This document shows positions 57,461-64,000 of a stretch of 64,000 nt of DNA, one piece after another. The stretch is taken from the NCBI RefSeq assembly GCF_009914755.1, contig NC_060938.1, one strand, 5' to 3'. Under the pieces are notes generated by a model, which was not told the DNA's origin, did no database searches, and worked only from the letters and a program-made list of their open reading frames with translations. This stretch comes from the human T2T-CHM13v2.0 reference genome, Homo sapiens. The position numbers and the translations under genes are program-made. Positions within the stretch are counted from its first letter, which is position 1, and each line of letters begins with the position of its first letter.

Positions 57461-59114
57461 AGAGTAATACATACAATGATTGTAAATGTTTATAATTTAT
57501 TTTAATAGTACTCCTAACCCAGTGTACTTCTTAAGATATAGTGGCTAAAGACAAAATTGTATTGACTTTATTAATATTAAATACAGAGAAAAGGAATTGG
57601 TAAGAACGCTAAAACTAACAATAATGCATATTAAATAAATAAGCCTTTTATTTTCCTAGCATTTTATATATACAGTGTTTCACTGAAATTGTAATAAAAT
57701 CAAATTATGAACAACTTCTATTTTGCACATTTACAATTATGTATTTTTCATGTCATTGGTTCAATAGATATTAAGTAAAAGAAGTATGTGTGTGATATAT
57801 ATGTATCAAAGAAGAGCTACAAAGTATGCAAAAAGAAGAAAGCTAAAGATATAATCAAATGGCATTTTTTAGTAATTATGCTTGATTAATTCAAGTAGAA
57901 ATAAATCAGGATATATAAAATAGCATATGCAAAATCAAATTTGAAAAGTATCAATAATTGCCTGCAAGACATTTAAATTAATTTCATGAATCCACAAAGG
58001 ATTGGTAAGCAGCATGCTATTCATAGTCTGTCTTATAATTGTTTAGCATCTCTTTTTAAAAGCAATTTATCTGCTTTGAATAAAATCCTATTCATCAGTA
58101 AATGACAAAAGCTCCATAAGGAAATATTTAAAATGATACTGAAATTAATACTTTGAAATCTCTTTCATCTAAATGTTATTTTCTTCTCTAATATAATGGA
58201 AAAAAAATCACAAATTAAAGAGTACCTGAAAGAACATTAAATATCTTTGTTAGGAGAGTAGTTCATGATTCATAACATGTAGGTATTTGAGCTTCTCCAA
58301 ATCAAAATTAGACTTTCAAAGACATTTTCTTCAAAATGAAAAAAACCCACCAAATTGCGTGTCAACTTCATTTAAATGAAAAAAGATTTTTTTTTGAAGC
58401 CTCCATTTTATGTCAGCTGACCCTGCTTGAATATCTACATTTCATGCAGTGTAAATAGAACCGCTTTTGTGCTATTTTCCTCAACATTTTCTACATTAGT
58501 TCAATCTGGAATCCTAGCAACAGACTACTTTGATATGTGTTATTTTTCTTTTTGAGTAAATAGATTTTAATTGTCAGAGAGTAGAGATCAGAAATCAACG
58601 TTACCAAAGATCTGATATCAGCACATTTAGCTACCTGGATGATTATTTTCTTCCTCCAGAATCTTAATAAAAACATATCTATTAAATCACTTAAACATAT
58701 ATTTAAATGATTCAACTTATTTTTTCCATTTTAAAAAGAATGCAGTGAATATATAAATATATTCTGACAAAGAGACAAGCTACACTAGCAAAACTATGTA
58801 AATGTCCAACTTCCATCTCCTGAATGATAAAGTCCTTCTATTTATATTTCCAGTCACAGCCACAGACCATGGTTAACATATTTAGTTTGTGTTAACTTGG
58901 TCTTTTCTTTATGCATTTAATAAACATAATAATGTATATAACATTCTTCAAATACATTTTGACTTATAGAAGTTTATGTCATTCTTACTTATTCAACTGA
59001 CTTGCATTTTATTCACTTAACATTATGCCTTTGAGAGTTTCATAGCAAAACCTATAGGACAAGTGTACCTGAATTTAAAATTGAATAACAGCAGCAAAAT
59101 AATTGGTAACAATA

Positions 59115-59350
59115 CTTAAATATTTACTTTGTGTCAAGTACTGCCAGGCATGTTTGTTTGAATAAAGGTTTTTAATCCCTACAGTCCTATGAGTATGATA
59201 ACTGTCTGTATTCTCTTTTAAAGGAAGGGAATTCACAAATAAGAAAAGGTTAAGTATCTTTTTCAATGTCACATAGTTAGTGTCAGAGTTGTATTTGCAC
59301 TGAGGCAATTTGGCTTTAGAGTTTGAGCTCTTAATCAGACACTCTACTGG
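59115..59350 (-). mobile_element. MIR within degenerate L1ME-like sequence
   Basis: tactgccaggca...ttaatccctacagtcctatgag...ggttaagta...caatgtcacatagttagtg...gctcttaatc. Confidence 0.8.
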
Positions 59351-61343
59351 TTTCCAAAACAGAGCATCTTCCCTAAAAAGGTTTGTACCATAATTACCTA
59401 TTCTTTTATTGTTAAATTCACAGTATTCTGTTTTAATATATCTAATAATGTATTTTGAAATTCCTTTAAAAGGATATGGTATGTATAAGCATATACTTAT
59501 GTTTGATAAATTTTTAAAATGATAATTGGATGAAAACTACACATGCAACAGTTTATATAATAAAATCATTATTAGTGTATTTTTCCCCTTGGTATTTCTA
59601 ATTAGAAATATTTACCAAAGTTGACATGAGTATCTACTGTTTGGAGAGTGAGATGTATTTTATGAAATATTAGGAATTTTCCTAGAAGATTCGAAAAGAA
59701 AAAGCTCACCTTCAAAAGTAAGATTAGGCAGTAATACAATAACATTGAATGTCAAAATATTTTGGAGAAGAGATTTTCCTAATTCTTTTAAAACTAAGTT
59801 ATTATTTTCATAATCAAGGGAGTAAAACCAAGCTTTTAGAGTTACCCTGTAAAGTAAACCATGACACTTTTGTCTTTGGCAATAATGCCTTGAAGGTGGG
59901 TGTCTATAGTAAAAGGATGCAACACAGGAGAGATAAGAGCAATATCATCAACTTTCCAGTTCTACAAGTTGTAGAGCCACTAAAGCTGATTAAGTCAGGT
60001 TACACAAAGTAAGACTGAAGGAAGTTTTGCAAATGATTAATACAGTACAGATAAATTTAAAAAATTTTGCAGCACATGGTCAGGTAGAGGGAGTTTCTAA
60101 GAGTTAGTGTCAGTGTTTCATAACCACTCTTAGTTTTTTAAGGAATGAAACTGAACCAGAAAGAGCTGAAAGTACATCTGGGGTCTTGTCAAAGGTGACC
60201 AGGCTAACAAGGTCTAGATTGCTTTACCCTGAGGAGTGTAATCTACCCCATATGGGACCACATAAGACACGGCCAGATCTTTGAGATGTCTGCAGTGCTG
60301 CAGGGGTTGGGTGACTGCAGAGTCAGCTAGAGACTCATCCAGTCTCTGACTAAGATATGATCATAAACTACATCCTTTGCAGATTTCTGACTTGAAGGCA
60401 ACAATGTAAACAGCAACTAGGGAGGGCAAGAGTTATTGCTTCAGAGACCACAAGTAGGCTTGGATATTCAATCTGTTCTTATTTGGGGCTTTTATCTTCA
60501 AATATCACTTATTCATTTTTATTTGGTTTGAATGTTTTACTCATAAGCAGACAAAAAGAGGAAACGGAAAGACAGTACTGTTAATCTAAAAGAGCCTGCA
60601 CATTAAAGGTTTCTTTTAATAATTGGATTGAAGACAGTTTGGCCACATGGATATTTAGTTATTTTTTCTTGCCAGCAAGGTGAAGCCTTAAGGTAAAGGT
60701 CAAATTATCGAGAAAAAAAAAATTGCTGTAGTTCTCGCATATCCAAATTGTAGTCAAATTGAATCCAGCCAGGAAGGTTTTTTTCTTTTTCAAGTCTGTC
60801 AAGAGATATTTTGTTGTTATTATTTATTTGTCTTATTTTCCTTTTATTTTAAAAAAGGGTGTTGGGTTTTGCAAATGCTTTTGTTTTATAAGAGTTGGAA
60901 ATAAAATATTTTGCTTTTTGGTTTTTACTGATATTTGATCAGCATTTCCTCAACTGTGCTTCACTAACATTCAGGAATATATAAGCCCAGCGCTTCGTGA
61001 AGAAAAGGTTTCTGGGAAAGATGAGCTAGTTAAATGGATGGTGGGTTAGGAAATCCCATTGAAGGATAATTAGTTTTCCTTGAGGGCTCAAACTTGCCAT
61101 GACTTGCCATGACTTAGGTTCATTCATTTAGGGATTAATTTCAGGAGTAGAGGAGTGTAACTATTCCAGCAATGGGAGTTGCTGATTCCCATCTTCCCAG
61201 TCCTATTCCCAAGAAACTTTAAGGCAGTCTTTGTTCAATGGAGATACAGTGGCTAATAAGTAAAATAAAATAAAACCCACAGTAATTTTTTTGGTTTTCT
61301 CTGTATATATATATAAATATTAGTGATATCACATTCTAGGTCG

Positions 61344-61370
61344 CACATACACACACACACACACACTCAC
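61344..61370. repeat. (CA)n microsatellite
   Basis: Direct reading. Confidence 0.9.
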
Positions 61371-63567
61371 TCCAGTTTCATAGTCTGTCTTGTTTTATAG
61401 GTATCTTCTCTTAAAATTTTAAGGAACAGACAACCCTTATGGTACTAAACTACTCCAGAATGTTTTTAACCTTAATGAGGTCTGTAAAAACACTGATATC
61501 AAAATTGGACAGGAAGTACAACAGGAAAATGAAAAACTATTTGGTCAGTTTCACTTAGGGCTCTGAGTTTAATGACACACTTTCTATCAACATTTTCAAC
61601 TACATATTTTTAAAAAATTAAAATATTAATAATTAATGTTTATCAGGTCTAATAAGCAGAGGATATACACAACCTAAATCCAATTCATTTTTAAACATAA
61701 AAATGTATTGATAAATATTTGATCCAATATGTTTGAAAAATGATAGCCAAATGGTTAATATAATTATCAAAGGAAAAATAAAAATGGCAAAATAATCAAA
61801 ATATCGAGTAGGAAAAAATATCCACAACCATAGAAGAGATAAAATAAATCACAAAAAAACATTTTCAACAAGTTTGTAAACCTGAAATTTGTTTTAAGTA
61901 TAAAAATAGAGAAATTACAGAAACTTAAGAATTACATCAAAATACTATTTTTGCCCTTCCATTTCCACTCTATCTAACTATTGCAAATTAAGTCTCCTCT
62001 CAGACAAGTTCACTGGTGTATCCTTTCAAAGTTTCAAGGAGCATTTAATGTTTATGCTACTTACCCTCTCCCAGACATAGAGATTCATGTCTTCTTAATA
62101 CTTCTCAGCAAGCTGCTAGCTGGTAACACTAATATCGCTAATATATAAGAGTGGGTTACATTCTTTATGTAATCCCCTGCTTTTAGTGTGTCAGGAGATG
62201 AGAGCAATGGCAGTAGCACATTGAAACCACGGAATATTTTTCCAGTGTCCCTTCTTTTCATAATTGATTTTTGACTCAGAAGCATGTCTGGGGATGAAGG
62301 TGTGCTCCTGTCAGATTTCAGACACCACAGTGAAAAATTAACAACATGGGCTAACTAGTTTTACCAGGAGCAGGGACAGGGACGGTGGAGACACAGGACA
62401 CACTTGTCTTTTATTTCTTCAATTTCTCCTCAATTTTCTTTGGTTTCGATCTCCAACACTGACTCCCAAGTTGATGATTTTGCTTTCTTTTTGTGCTCTT
62501 CCCTGCTTCTAGACTTTCTTGGTTAGAAATAATAGCCAACAGAGATTCAATTGACCTTTAAAAGGACCTCTCTTCATGTCTTCCTGAGTCATTTTATGTA
62601 GAAGAACTGGGGTCCAAGCAGGACAGTTTCTGTCTTCCTCGTGTCCCATGAAGATTCCAACCCAAGCAGAGTTGTTTGTATGCCCCTTGATGAATGAATT
62701 TATAGTGTTTTGTGGTTAAAAAAATAAATGGATAAAAAGAAGGTGGTAAAAAAAATAGTTGGACTAAACATTTGTATTTAAATTATTATCATCTTTGTAT
62801 TTGCTGTCTTGTTTAAAGGGTCATCTATCCTGTTCGTTAGGGATATTTTTCTCTTGTTAAAATGTACCTCCTGTCGAATACTCGGGAAATTAAAAGGGAA
62901 GCGTGATGAGCACACACTGAGAGGCTGGTTTTAGCCTCTCACTTTTAGCAGGACAGGCAGCCTGTAGAGTGCCTGTGCACTGGACGTAGGCATCGTCTCC
63001 TGCATGGAACACCTTCACAAGGATGGCCAGGCAGGCTGCTTCACCTTCCAGCACTTGATGTGCCTGCTCTGAGGTTTCCTGAACACACAGCAAAGGCCTC
63101 TCATTCGTAACAGACCAGGATTCCTTTGCGTTTCTGCATAACATCAATGAGTAAATGAAGCTATTTTCACTTCACTGCCCTCTTTTGAATGTTTTTATTG
63201 TAATTACTGATTCTATTAAGGAAGAACAATAAAGGCAGTGTACCCCCCTACTACAATGCTTGGGAAACAAGTGTTAGGTTGTGCATATGACAAGAGAGGA
63301 CTCTGAATACACCTACTCTTCATCAGCCCAAGCCTTATTGAGTTGGGATAAAGAACTCATTCTCTGTTCTTTAAGAAATGTTTCCTGTACTAATTTTTGT
63401 CCTTTTGGGATTCTAAGTGGGCCAAGAAGCGAAAACATCCATGTGTTAATTAAGGGAAACCGGCAACATGTTTTCCCATGTTTCAACTAACTAAAGAATA
63501 AATGATGAAGAAATTCTCCCTGTAGCTCAAAAAAAAAAAAGAAAAAAAAAGAAAAAAAATTTAAAAA

Positions 63568-63768
63568 AGAGTCAACCTGCCGCCTTCTAGTTCTAGCTCC
63601 ACTACTTTTTACTGGTAGGAACCAACGTAAGTCACTATATCTTTGTCAGCTTCAGTTTTCTCTGCGATCAAACGAACATAAAAATGCTTCATAAGGTTTT
63701 TATGAGGTTTCAACTTGAAATGCATTTAAAGCATGTATCATATATTAAGCATTGAAATGTTAGCTTAT
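63568..63768 (+). mobile_element. MIR
   Basis: ttctagttctagctccactactt...aagtcact...gcttcagttttctc...cttcataaggtttttatgagg. Confidence 0.75.
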
Positions 63769-64000
63769 ATTAATTGATCAAATATTTTCCATATGAAAAA
63801 ACATACTCATGGTTAAGGAAGGTATGACTTAAATGCTGACTTCCCTTTCCAACTCAGTAACTTGGTTTAACTTACACTTGGTCTAGCAAGAAATTTTAAA
63901 TTTTATGATGTAAGATGGTGATTTCTGTAAGTCAAGTACATATGAATTTTATCCCTCTATCTTAAGTTTATTTCATTTTGCTGAATTTCAAAAACAAGAG

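Overview
AT-rich, repeat-dense primate (hominoid-like, judged from L1PA2, Alu and BC200 content) genomic DNA with no recognisable host protein-coding gene; it reads as a gene desert or deep intron. Almost all informative ORFs derive from transposons. Main contents: a near full-length Hsmar2 mariner (921-2181) nested in an L1MC; a full-length Tigger1 (16423-18829); a full-length but inactivated L1PA2-type LINE-1 with TSDs (47063-53118) carrying a mutated YY1 site and an open antisense ORF0; a twin-primed (5'-inverted) L1PA; many older L1/L2/MIR fragments, Alus and MaLR/ERVL solo LTRs; and a tailless BC200 RNA retrocopy (55783-55952). The best candidate for a host function is a ~1 kb non-repetitive, CpG-retaining, homeobox/SOX-motif-rich block at 7.9-8.95 kb resembling a deeply conserved enhancer. 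There is also a recurring signature of templated/template-switch mutation, notably a ~215 bp copy of the local Tigger1 pasted 7 kb away. I could not support a wholly new biological system. Repeat subfamily names come from recalled consensus sequences and need RepeatMasker/Dfam confirmation.
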